DNA of 64,000 nt from Octopus sinensis (taxonomy: Eukaryota), in the NCBI RefSeq assembly GCF_006345805.1, contig NC_042998.1, positions 42,160,001-42,224,000 on the forward strand, read 5' to 3'. Positions 36,323-48,911 of this stretch are shown piece by piece (position 1 is the first letter of the stretch; every line of letters starts with the position of its first letter). Under the pieces are notes generated by a model, which saw nothing but the letters and a program-made list of their open reading frames with translations, ran no database searches and was not told the origin of the DNA. The translations under genes were made by a program, and so were the position numbers.

Positions 36323-36380
36323 TGAAATAAAACGATTTCTGTTCAATCTGCGTTCAGCTCCATTTCTTCAATTCACCAAT

Positions 36381-36426
<46 letters not shown>

Positions 36427-38910
36427 GTATATATTTGTGTATGTGTGTGTGTCTTTGTGTCTATGTTTGTCCCCCATCACCGCTTGACAACCAGTGTTGG
36501 TGTGTTTATGTCCCTGCAACTTAGTGGTTCAATCAAAATGACTGAAGAATAAGTACTAGGCTTAAAATTAATAAGTCCTGGGGTCGAATTGTTTGACTAA
36601 AATCCTTCAAGGTGCTGCTCCAGCATGTCCACTGTCAAATGACAGAAACTAGTAAAAGAATAAAAGAATAAATTAACTAAAATGATCATGATTTGAAATC
36701 CATGTTCTCACCCTCCTTTCTTTTCCGACTGGGGTATCCATGTATCTATTCGACTGGAAGATTGCTATCTCTGTCCCTCTAAAACTCCAATCTCACATCA
36801 ACTGGCATGAAACCATCCTCCTCAGTACTATTCTCCCCCTCCCAGTTGAGGGATTTTGCCTTGCAAGTTACTTGATGACCCTGTCAGTGATGCTGCAATG
36901 TAAAAAGCACTGGTGCTGGTGCCACATAAAAAGCACTGCTACTGGTGCCATGTAAAAATCACCCAGTCCACTCTGTAAAGTGGTTGACATCAGGAAGGGC
37001 ATCCAGCTGTAAGAACAGGCAGTGGAGCTTGATGCAGTCCCATAGCCTGCTAAATCGTTCAACCCATGGCAGCATGGAAGATGGACATTAAATTATGGTG
37101 AATGATGAATGATGAAACGAAATTAGAAAAAAGATTAATCAAATTGAAGTTTTTATTTCTAAGTGTGTATTGCTTTAGCAATAATTTTAAACATAATGAG
37201 GTAAAAGAGTGGATTTGGTAGACGGAAACTAGGTAAAAGAGTGGATTTGGTAGATGGAAACTGAAAGAAGCCTGTCGTATATATGTATGTGTGTGTATAA
37301 GTTTGTGTGCCTGTGTTTGTCCCCCCAACATCGCTTGACAACCGATGCTGGTGTGTTTACGTCCCCATAACTTAGTGGTTCGGCAAAAGAGACTGATAGA
37401 ATAAGTACTAGGCTTTCAAAGAATAAGTCGTGGGGTCGATTTGCTCGACTAAAGGCAGTGCTTCAGCATGGCCACAGTCAAATGACTGAAACAAGTAAAA
37501 GAGGTAAAGAGTTTATTGAGGTTGGCTCCAACTACTACTAGGAAGGCTTCCTTGTGTCGATCAGTTAAGTGACCTTTATTTAGATGTCATCTTGGCTGTC
37601 TTTGTGTGTAGAAACCTCATAGCACATCATCTTTGCTTACATGCCTCTTTATAGAATGAAAAGCATGAGTTGATAGAGGCATGAATAATAGTGATGAGAA
37701 AGATGTATGATACTATGTATGCATGCTTGCTTGCTTACATATATACATGCATATGTACATACATACACACACTCACATACATACATACATACATACATAC
37801 ATACATACATACATACATACATACATACATACATACATACATACATCTAATATAATATAATAAATGCAAAAACTAATTTCTGTGTGTCAGTGTGTCACAC
37901 TTTGACCCCCCCCCTCTCACTATTCAATGACACTCCTTTGTACTGGGGTGAGAGTAATAGTAGGCATAGAGATGGTGAGGGCAGCGGTGAAGACAGAGAG
38001 AGAAAGAAAGAGAGACAAAGAAATTTAGTGAGAGTTGATGATGTTTTATTAAAAGTAGTAGTGTTGATGGTGGTAATGGGAGTAATAATAAGAGAGAGAG
38101 AGAGTGGGTATGTGAGAGAAAGAGAGAGATGATGTACAACTTTGCAAGACAGAAAATCCTGTGGCCAGCATACTGAACCAACTATTGAACACTATCATTT
38201 TTGTTTTATTTTTTGCTTTCTTTAATACATACATACATATATATATGAAATACACTTTAATTGAAATATAGTTTCCCCAAAATTAAACATATCTAATATA
38301 ATAAATGTGAAGGTCAGTGTGTCAGTGTGTCACACTTTTTCAACTTTACTCCTAGTGGCCGTAGCCCAACATATCATACCATTTTGGTATCCATGAGTAA
38401 ATTAAAAACATTCTGGGCCGAATCCAGACCTGCAATCCTGAAATTTTGGATACCTATGTTTTCATTAATGCGATTGTTTTTGTTGATTTTTTTTACATGA
38501 TTTTTAGCAACGAATATGATCATCATTGGGATATGACTCTGGAAGAAACAATTGCAACAGATTCTCCAAAACAAGTCAGAGATGTTTGCAGATCTTTCCA
38601 TTCAGGGTTAGTTGCTTAAAAGTTACACACCAGCCTATAAACTGCCTGATAGGCTGGCTTTTAAGCTAGTGCATACATACAAAAATAGCCTGTTGTTGAT
38701 GTTGAAATTCCAATGAAGGAGCTTTGGATCTAGGTTAGAAGCCAGCTCTTTCTTCATTTGCAAGAAATCTTGAAATAAAACTGAACAATGACATACAGAC
38801 ATACATGTTTGTATGTATATGGTCTGTATATGAACATGTGTGTGTGAGTTTTCACCAGTATGTTTTAATATCATGAGATAATTAATGTGATTTTTAAAAA
38901 TTAATTGCAG

Positions 38911-38987
38911 TTGCCTTTTCAATTGTGTCCTGACGAATATTACTTAGTGAATAAAAAAGGAGTGAAATCTTTGAAAATTCAAGATGA
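38911..38987 (+). CDS. AXDND1: AXDND1 exon
   Basis: TTGCAG acceptor, 77 nt, LPFQLCPDEYYLVNKKGVKSLKIQD(E), GTAAGG. Matches LIPEEFHIV..GV.GLE. Confidence 0.88.
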
Positions 38988-39619
38988 GTAAGGAATTTAC
39001 CCAATTTTGATGTTTTCTAAATACCTTAAATAGATTCATTTACTTCATAAAACCCACCACATCATCTGTATCAAAATAATTATGTTATTTTAAAATCTGA
39101 ATAAAAGAACTTAAAAATATGTGTGTGTACACTTAGCCTTCATTCACATGTAGGTATGACTTTCACTAATTGCTTTTTGGCATCTATGTAGTTGTGAGTA
39201 GACACAGATACTTTCTTGGCTCTCCTGCTCTGGATCCAACAGATCATCAAAGCTCTGACTGATGAAAGGAGAGATGACTGCACCAGCGGTGATCTTGTAT
39301 TCACTTTCAGCTAGCTGAAGAGAATAGTATGAAAGGATATACTTGGTTTGAGGACAGAATACACCTCCCAGTCCAGGAATCAAGCCCACAACCTTTTGAT
39401 CATAATCCTAAAACTCTAACTATTAGGCTACAAAAAACCCAGCTTAATCTATGAATAAATATTAGAAATAATTTCTGTCATTTTACTAAACTCTCTAAGT
39501 TACTGAATATTTTGAAAATTAACTGGAAGTCATAAACAATCTGTTCTTGATACAAATATATATTGAATCTGAGCATTGAATACAATAAGCTCATTATTAT
39601 TTTTATGAACATCAGCTGT

Positions 39620-39712
39620 GCCCACATAGCTCAGTTGGTAGAATATCAGACTTTTTAGAGATTGTTTCTAAGAAGTAATCTAAGGGTTGTGGGTTTGAGT
39701 CTCTTGTGGACA
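39620..39712 (+). pseudogene. Intron-containing tRNA-Lys(TTT)-derived pseudogene
   Basis: GCCCACATAGCTCAGTTGGTAGAATATCAGACTTTTT-[~20 nt]-ATCTAAGGGTTGTGGGTTTGAGTCTCTTGTGGACA aligns with tRNA-Lys(UUU). Acceptor stem pairs 6/7; T-loop TTC is changed to TTT. Confidence 0.7.
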
Positions 39713-39720
39713 AAAGCAGT

Positions 39721-39948
39721 TTAACCCTTTTGTTACTGTATTTATTTTGAGATGCTCTGTATTTCTTTCAATTATTTTAAATATAACAAAGAATTTAATA
39801 AAATAACTTAGTTATCATTAAGCTAGTGTTAGGAACATAAATTGTGACTAAGGTTTGGTGGAAAATTTTAATTCAAAACTTATGAAAACAAGACATTTGT
39901 ACTTAGAGCCAGAGCCGGTTTCTGCTGGGTTGTTAACAAAAGGGTTAA
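39721..39948. mobile_element. piggyBac-like MITE
   Basis: TTAACCCTTT...AAAGGGTTAA. Confidence 0.8.
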
Positions 39949-40061
39949 GGAGAAAGAATCATTTTTATGAACATGACAAAGAGTCATATAATTTTGAAGT
40001 TATTTCATGTAAAGTCTTTTCTTCTTTAAGAAGAATGATATTCTGTTTTTATTTTAAATAG

Positions 40062-40118
40062 AGCTTACAAAACACAGACTGTAGACCACGCAAAGCATCT
40101 CACACAGTTTCCATCTCT
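40062..40118 (+). CDS. AXDND1: AXDND1 exon
   Basis: 57 nt, AYKTQTVDHAKHLTQFPS(L), GTAAGT. Phase 2-2 joins to KP of the next exon (conserved FPSM/L-KP). Confidence 0.88.
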
Positions 40119-40288
40119 GTAAGTATACCATTTCATCCAATTTATCATCCTTTCATTCATCCAAATATGAAAAAGTATGAATCTTCCACCTGCCATATAG
40201 CAAGTATCTCACAAAATGATGTTATTTGCATTATAAGCCATTTCATACTTTGTTTATGTTGCTGGTGCATAGCTTCTGTTTCAAGTAT

Positions 40289-40637
40289 GTTTTTTTTTGT
40301 GACGGCGTTCACCCAGGGTGGGTTGAGCCGGCTTCTTCTCTGGTCCTGACGGCATCACGAACCATGGCGGCCCACACTCGATGGTCCTGTGCGAGGTACT
40401 GGAGATAGCGAGCCATTTGCAGTTCCATCTGCGCAGACTGACCACCTGTGGAATTGGTTGCAAGTTTGTAGTAGGTAGATAGTTCGTATTTGTATTTATT
40501 GCCATGGTAGTAGTAGGATTCATAGAAGAAGTTTCATGGAAATATTAAATTCAAAAGCGGTCCCCGACATCCCGCATGCATATCCTGAGTGACGGGATGC
40601 CCTGTTTGCCACGGAAACTCCACAGACACAGGGACAG
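40289..40637 (-). mobile_element. Short RTE-derived retroposon with 12-bp TSD
   Basis: TGTTTCAAGTAT at 40277-88 and 40638-49, short A tail, 3' end encodes AQDHRVWAAMVRDAVRTREEAGSTHPG*. Confidence 0.8.
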
Positions 40638-42516
40638 TGTTTCAAGTATTGAAATATCTGCAGTCATAACTGACCAGGCAACATAACATTTTATATATTT
40701 TTTTTTTCAACATTTCTCTATAATCAGAAGAGTAAAAAACAGAAAAGGTGGGAATTGATCCTCCAATCAATTATTTTCTGAATATAATAGTTTCTTGTGA
40801 GCTTAGATTCTAATTTCAATTATCCTTTCACATATCTTATACAGCAAACATTTCTGAGAAAAGCATGGATGTCCCTTCTTCAAAAATGTGAATTACTATG
40901 CTTATGTTACAAATGCATTAATGCATAGCTGCTCCACTAAGTTAGCCTTCATCATCATCATCATCATTTAACATCCGCTTTCCATGCTAGCATGGGTTGG
41001 ACGATTTGACTGAGGTCTGGCAAACCAGACTCCAATCTGATCTGGCAGAGTTTCTACAGCTGGATGCCCTTCCTAATGCCAACCACTCCGAGAGTGTAGT
41101 GGGTGCTTTTTACGTGCCACCTGCACAGGAGCCAGTCCAGCAGCACTCAAATAACCCTCTAGCATTTAAATAACTCTGTCAAATGTTATGCTTATTTATT
41201 CACATTGTTTTGAATTAATCATGCATTATCTCATGCATTTGAGGCTTTGGTGATGTGATTACTTCTTTTAGAATGATATTGCAGGGTAGGTGTTGAAGCT
41301 AGCCAAATCTGGCCGGCTTGAACATAAAACAGGCAGAATATATGGACCTAACGTGGCTGTTTTGAATGCTAAATGGTTAAGTGTCTTTACCAGGGACATA
41401 ATACAGAACCTATGGCAAGGCACAAAGTACTGGAATGCCTGGAGTTTTATATATTCTTGAAGAGACATAATGCTTCAAATTTATGTTACCAAAATGTAAA
41501 ATGAAATAAAATAAAATATAGATATCAAGTTTTGGCACAAGGCCAGCAATTTCAAGGGTGGGAACTGAGTTGATTATATCGATCCAAGTGTTCAATTAGT
41601 ACTTATCTTATTGACTCCAAAAGGATGAAAGGCAAAGTTAACCTTGGCAGAATTTCAACTCAGAATGTGAAGATGGACAAAATGCCTCTAAGTGTTTGTC
41701 CAGCATGCTAACAATTCTGCCAGCTCACCACCTTAAAATAAAATAAAATACTAAAATTATAAACAGATATTTTTGATACTTTTAGTAAGAGTAAAGGGAT
41801 TGCATATGGTCTTCCTAGGCCCTCTAAGATTGGTGATGAATGTAGCTGATTTTCAGTTTTAACAGCTGTATGTCAATATCTGTTGGAATATTGAAGGCGG
41901 GAAGGAAATCCTGTGGGGTGACACTCTGGCAAAGAAGGATTGGGTATCAGGGTTTATGTGGGAACTATAGATAGGAGACAGAATGGACAGGAGAGTTATT
42001 GTAGACTTAGGTGGATATGGTATGCAGCTAACTAACTCAGGGAAGCAGAGGCTGGTGTAATAGTTGTAGAAAGAGCAGAGTGAGGAGACAGCATGCCTGT
42101 GGATTAGAGTTTGGAGTGTGTTGATGAGTAAGTCATTGACTGGATTGATTTTTTAATTTTTTTATGTGGTTTAGGGTGTGACAGTAGAGATTCAATGTGA
42201 CCTTCACTTAAGCTTTGTATTTGGTTAATGATTGCTTAGGGCTGGAGTATTTTTTGGCTCTGAAGAGGAAGTTTAGTTTTTGATGTGCAGTTTTTGATAT
42301 GATACATATGTGAGATTACCAGGATGATTATCCATAATTGTAAAACACTTGAGAGGGTGAGTTAAATGATTGATTGATATGCAATGTGATTGTGCCTAAA
42401 TGCCGTTGAAAGAGACAAAAATATCATAAACAACTTAAGACATTCACAAATATATTATCCTTTCTGTGAACTGGAATATGCTGATGCTATTGGTATTTGT
42501 AATTATTTCATTGTAG

Positions 42517-42625
42517 AAAGCCTAACAGCCGTTTTGAGGTGATAAAGCTGAGAAATGCTATGCATAATATGCTACAGAAAGCTGGAGCGAATGAAGATTA
42601 CAAGAGTGAAGATGGTCTTACACAG
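42517..42625 (+). CDS. AXDND1: AXDND1 exon
   Basis: 109 nt, KPNSRFEVIKLRNAMHNMLQKAGANEDYKSEDGLTQ, GTAAAT. Confidence 0.9.
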
Positions 42626-44146
42626 GTAAATAAATTAGGTTAAATGATATTACAAAAGCTAAGTATATTTATATGAAGCTGTATAGAATATAAAGAAAAT
42701 GTGTAAAAGAACTTATCATCAATTATTATTGCATTTTATACTTAATATTTTGAACCAACCAGAACAAAGAAACCAATAACTATAAAATTAAGAAGGAATA
42801 TTCTGGTCATAAAATATACATTTTGGTTATTATTTGTTTGTCATTATGAAATTGTTTTAAAGAGAAACTGCTTCCACTATTGTCATCTCTATTGTTTCTG
42901 ATTTTCTTTCCATGTAAGCAGGATCTCAATATCCTAAGATATGCTGTTGTTCTCTGAAGGTTTATATGCCTGTCTTTTGTTAATTCACAGTTAACTGCCT
43001 AATTTGCACTCAACATGCATCATGTATTACATACCTATTGGAAGACACCCAACATTTTTGCAAACATCAACTAGTTTTTCTAATATCCATTGTCTTTCTT
43101 TCATATTTTAAATTCAGTTGTTTCTTATTGTACATATGATTATTTCCTTAACTCTTAAATTCCTGTAGTTCTTTCTCTATATAAATCTCCCACTTCTGTT
43201 AGAAACTACAGATTCTAATGAAATGCAGTTGGTCCAGTATCAGAATCATTAAAATATAACTAATGCATGAATTTGGCTGTAGCTAGCTAACATGATACAT
43301 TAACGCTTTGAGCCCATAACACTGGTTTACCAGTGAATGGCTTACTTTTCTCTATACTGTAGCACTGGTGGAGTGCTAGGTATATGGTAAAATAAGGTTC
43401 AGGAGATCAGAGCTCAAAGGGTTTCATTGGTGCACATTATGAATGTGGTTTTTACTTGTTGTTATTGGGTTTTACTTATTGTCATGTTACTTTCACTTGC
43501 CCAGTAGGTTGAATACAGGCAAGCTAATTATATCATCATCATCATCATCATCATTGTTTAACGTCCATTTTTCATGCTAGCATGGGTTGGACAGTTTTGT
43601 ATTGTTACCCTTAACCCTGTTTTTTCCTGTGCTTGTGCATATATAGACGTGTGTATGAACCTTTATGGTGCATGTGCATGTGTATGGGTTTGTATGTATA
43701 TACATATATATTTGGCGAAAGATGAGAGTGAGGATGTGTACGTTTTCAAGTGAGGGTGGATGAACGTAGACTTTTAGGCACATGCATATGGGTGGGCAGG
43801 TGCACATGTGTAGGTATAAACTTATGCAAATACTATGAACTTTTTTACCCCCTTACATTACTCCCTCTTACCTAGCGGTCATTCGAATAGCTCTTTTGTC
43901 TTAATAACAGTCAATCACACAGTAATTTCCCTTTGTATAGCATTTTTCATAGCATTTTTCCAATGGCCAGATAACAGAAGAGATGGCGGCATGGATTTCC
44001 ACCTCAGCATCTGAAACGCGTAGTTTTATCATGGCTACCGAATAATTGTCACATATTACATTTACAGATAAATTCCTCTATTAACATAATATCGAGGTCT
44101 CTTTCTTTCTTTTATTGTTTTACCATTTTTATCAATATATATATAT

Positions 44147-44185
44147 ATACTAGCTTAAGGTGACCCGCTCTACGCACGGGTAAGA
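44147..44185 (-). mobile_element. Helitron-like 3' end (hairpin plus CTAG); other Helitron-like remnants near 37845, 38290-38640 and 63388
   Basis: Minus: CCCG-TGCGTAGAG-CGGG hairpin followed by CTAGT. The 38510-38610 region translates HWDMTLEETIATDSPKQVR, similar to RepHel. Confidence 0.45.
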
Positions 44186-45125
44186 GTGTGGTTGTTACTT
44201 TCTGTTGCTTCCTTTCTGTTTTTTATCACCACATTCTCCCTCTTTGTTTCTCTCTCCTTTCTCTCTCACTTTCCCACTCTCTTACTCTTCCTTTCTCTCG
44301 GATTCTCCCTCGCTTTCTCTTACTCTCTATCTTTCTCTATCTCTCTCCCATTTATAAACAACAAAAGATCTTGAGTAAGTTGAGAAAGAAAATATTTTGA
44401 AAGATAAATCATAAATATCAGGCAGTGACAACGGAACGGTCTGCTTCAAAGCAGACAGCAGAGCACTAACATTTAAAAGGGACAGATGAACTTGCGAGCT
44501 GAATAAAAATAAAAAAATATTGGAAACCAAAGTTTGAAGGGATAGAATCTGAGGATAGTAGAGTCACCATGGCTGGCATTTCTTAACGACGGACAGTAAC
44601 ATAGTGGCAGTTTAATGGCTGGCGTAAAATTTTGAATTTGATGTAAAAGAAAATTCTTAAACACCAAGCTTTGAAGTGATTCTTTCTCACGACAGTAGAC
44701 TCACCATGGCAAGCATTCAAAACTTCTTCATCATGGACGGCAACACATTGACGATTTAAAGGCTGGCGCAAATTTTTTAGCTTCATGTAACAGAGAATTC
44801 TTAAACACCTGCTCCTGTAAATTTTAATCCCCTTCAAGCCCATTTAGACCTCTTTTCACATTTTGGTTAATATAACCTGATTTCATTCAGGTCTGCTCGG
44901 GCCACATTTTATAAGATGAGGATTTTGTCCTAGAGGTCACGCCTTTCATTTGAGGAAAAAAATAGTTGCCATGCAAACTCGCCAGCACTTTTAACATAGG
45001 TGTGCATATTTTCAGCACAACCGACCACATAATGCACACATTATATATATACGCATTATATATATATATGTGTGTGTGTGTGTACGCATTATATATACAA
45101 ATGTATACAAATTATATATATATAT

Positions 45126-45162
<37 letters not shown>

Positions 45163-45392
45163 ATTAAATTAGAGATAAAACCACTATTAGGCAAATCAAA
45201 CAATGAAAAACATAAACCAAAACATAAAAATAAAAAGTATAATATACAAAATATATAAAATATAAAATTTAAAAATTTAAATTATTTAAATTTAAAATTA
45301 AAATTATTAATTTATATTTATAATTAAAAAAATATATATAACTATCAAAAAGTATTAAAAAGTTTAATATACATAAATACAGGTATAAATAC

Positions 45393-45695
45393 AGGTGCAA
45401 TGGCCTAGTGGTTAGGGCAGCGGACTCACGGTCATAGGATCGTGGTTTCGATTCCCAGACCGGGCGTTGTGAGTGTTTATTGAGCGAAAACACCTAAAAG
45501 CTCCACGAGGCTCCAGCAGGGGATGGTGATCCCTGTTGTACTCTTTCACCACTCTTTCTCCCACTCTTTCTTCTGTTGGCCTGCTTGCTTAGCCAGCGGG
45601 ATGGCATCATTCGAAGGCTAAAAAACAATGCGAACGCATTGTGACCAGCGATGTGTAACAACATCTGATAGTCTGGTCGGTCACGTGATCACGTG
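45393..45695 (+). mobile_element. tRNA-derived SINE, third family (minus copy at about 49480-49790)
   Basis: TGGCCTAGTGG A box, GGTTTCGATTCC B box, tail TCACGTGATCACGTGA. Confidence 0.8.
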
Positions 45696-46276
45696 AAATA
45701 CAGATATATACACTTTGTATATATACATCATATATATATTTATATATAGAACACACATACACACACATATATAAATTAACCCAATAAATATCTGATTCAT
45801 AATATTTGTTCTCATGATTGTGGTGGTGGTGGTGGCGATGATAATTCTCTCTATGAATGCAGACAGACGTAGAGAGAGAGAGAGAGAGTGTGAAAGCGCT
45901 GTTGGAGGTGGGGAGGGGGAGATATAGGATGCTGTGAAACGACGTTATAAAGAGAAAGTGAAGGGAAAGGAGATAGATGCTGTGAAACGACGTTATAGAT
46001 AGAAAGTGAAAGGAAGGGAGGAAAGAGAGTGAGTGATGGAGGAAGACAGATACATAAAAGAATGAGAGTAGACTTGCCAAAGTGCGTTTTTGGCCCTAGC
46101 AACAGCACCTTTTAAGATGGGGGTTTCTAACCTAGCCCACTCGCATTCTCTCCTCATTTTACATGTCCCCGTAAATTTTGGAGTCAATCTGACGGGATCT
46201 AGTGGCCTTAAACCCATTCTCAATGCCAAAACTAGACAAACAAACTTTTCGCATTTCAGAATTATAATATAGAGAT

Positions 46277-47000
46277 AATGTTATGGGTTGGCCCTGCCCC
46301 TCTGGCGAATCTGACATGTCATGTAATGTTATGGGTTGGGTCTGTCCCTATGGCGAATCTGACATGTCATCTAATGTTATGGATTGGCCTGCATCCCTGG
46401 CGAATCTGACATGTCATGTAATGTTATGGGTTGCCTCTGCCCCTCTGGCGAATCTCCTACATGTCATGTATTGTTATGGGTTCAGTCTGCCCCTCTGGCG
46501 AATCCCTGACATGTCATGTAATGTTATGGATTGGCCCTGTCCCTCTGGCGAATCTGATATGTCATGTAATGTTATGGGTTGGGTCTGTTCCTATGGCGAA
46601 TCTGACATGTCATGTAATGTTATGGATTGGCCTGCACCTCTGGCGAATCTGACATATCATGTAATGCTATGGGTTGCCTCTGCCCCTCTGGCGAATCTCC
46701 TACATGTCATGTAATGTTATGGGTTCAGTCTGCCCTTCTGGTGAATCCCTAACATGTCATGTAATGTTATGGATTGGCCCTGTCCCTCTGGCGAATCTGA
46801 CATGTCATGTAATGTTATGGGTTGCCTCTGCCCCTCTGGCGAATCTGACATGTCATGTAATGTTATGGATTGGTTCTGCCCCTCTGGTGAATCTCTGACA
46901 TGCCATGTAATGCTATGGGTTCAGTCTGCCCCTCTGGCGAATCTGACATGTCATGTAATGTTATGGATTGGCCCTGCCCTGGCAAATCCCACTGACATGT
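46277..47000. repeat. 48-bp minisatellite, about 15 copies, with a higher-order 243-bp period
   Basis: ATGTTATGGGTTGGCCCTGCCCCTCTGGCGAATCTGACATGTCATGTA variants. Confidence 0.92.
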
Positions 47001-47824
47001 TTTTACATATTTATAAAAATAAAAATATTTGGTCAGTGGTTACCTGCCTCAGAACCAAATTCTGTTTCACAACTATAATCAGAAAAACTATTTTGAGATA
47101 TGTCTTCATTTCCCCCTTTGATGTAATGAAGATGCTGTTACCACATTGACACATATTTTTCATCACTCACCTTGATAAAACCTTCAAGAAAAAGAGAAAA
47201 GAGTACTCATTTAACTTTGTTTTAATGTTCAAAGGTCTTGTGGGATCCACATTACTAATGAAAATTCTGACGCAATGATCAACTACATGATAGCTCTACT
47301 CCTCTTCAGAATTGTTAAATCCTTCTATCACATAGATCACTGATGTGTACAGATGAAAGTTCAAGTTCTCCATCTCTAATTAAATCTTCAATAAATCTCT
47401 TTTACTCTCTTTTTACTCTTTTAATTGTTTCAGTCATTTGACTGCAGCCATGCTGGAGCACCACCTTTAGTCAAGTAAATTGACCCCGGGACTTATTCTT
47501 TGCAAGCTTAGTACTTATTCTATCGGTCTCTTTTGCCAGGGAGGTAAACACACCAGCATCGGTTGTCAACACAGACACACAAACACAGACACACACACAC
47601 AGACACACACACACACACATACATACATACATACATATATATATATATATACATACATATATATGATGGGCTTCTTTCAGTTTCCATCTACCAAATCTAC
47701 TCAAGGCTTTGGTGGGCCCGAGGCTATAGTAGAAGACACTTGCCCAAGGTGCCACGCAGTGGGACTGAACCCGGAACCATGTGGTTGTTAAGCAAGCTAC
47801 TTACCACACAGCCACTTCTGCGCC

Positions 47825-47864
<40 letters not shown>

Positions 47865-48836
47865 TAAATCATTAACTAATAATATTATTAAATTTTAACT
47901 CACTTGAGGTATCAACCACCATGATGCTCAAAAATTGATGGAAGAAATATCCAAAGATATTCAGTTGATAAAAAGTAACAAATAAGTGCATGGTGGTACA
48001 AACAAGAAGCATTTTGATAGGAAGGTCTCTCTCTAAAAACGAGGCTGAACTTTGTTTCTTGCATGTTAGAGTGCTTAGTTCCTGTTTTCTGTCCCAAATG
48101 ACAACACTTTTTGAAATGCAATTATGTGCAGTTCAGGTCTGGGCAAGAAGTAATTAGAGCCATTTAGTTGCTGACAACACAATCTAAATGGCTGTTAGTC
48201 TTATTCATGATACAACCAGGATTTTTCTTGTTTAATTTTATTTTTAATATACAATGACATACTAGTGAATGCATAAGTGATTATGTTGTAAGAACAAATA
48301 CTGAAAGAATGGTGACAATTGGCGGTATTAAATGTGGTTAAACTACAAACATGTAAAACACATTGGAATATTTCGTTTTAGGATTTGGTTTGCAAGATTC
48401 TTTATATGAGTTCGTGTGTTGAAGCATATTCTGTTGTGTCTGGGGAGAGTCATTCTCTTTTGGTGCCTTATAATGTAACACACTCAGCGGTAAAATTTCC
48501 ACTTTTTTTTCTTATTTTTATTGTCCTAAAACTATTGAAAACTAGTCAAAACTATTGAAAAGGTTGCAAGACGCAACAAAAATTTTAGGACAATAAAAAT
48601 AAGAAAAAAAAGTGGAAATTTTACCAGTGAGTGTGTTACATTATAAGACACAAAAAGAAAATGACTCCCCAGACACAACAGAATACACTGGAATGAAAAT
48701 AGTTGAAGACTAAAGATGTATGAGTGAAGACTAAAGATGTATGATAGAGATAATCTGATTGGTCAATACAATGTATATAATTCTAGTGCAGAATAACTAT
48801 TTTAAATTGATTATATGATATTTTGTTTTCTTCTAG

Positions 48837-48911
48837 ATGCACAATCTCCTGGAGCTGGTGAGGAGGGAGCAAGACATCTACAATGTTGTATTCCATGAAA
48901 TAATCCGCCAG
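48837..48911 (+). CDS. AXDND1: AXDND1 exon (axonemal dynein light chain domain)
   Basis: 75 nt, MHNLLELVRREQDIYNVVFHEIIRQ, donor GTTGAC. Matches EQ.IYN.IFHELIRQ. Confidence 0.92.

Larger units (their letters stand above)
35043..36388 (-). mobile_element. 5'-truncated Penelope-like element (GIY-YIG C-terminus) with inverted pLTRs
   Basis: Minus ORF 35784-36023, TGLSKLIWRLKDTNLSYRLEWSIL...CNLCVSELFHIL...CPHWRRY, resembles the PLE endonuclease C-terminus. Arms 35043-35401 and 36018-36388 are near-perfect inverted repeats. Confidence 0.85.
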
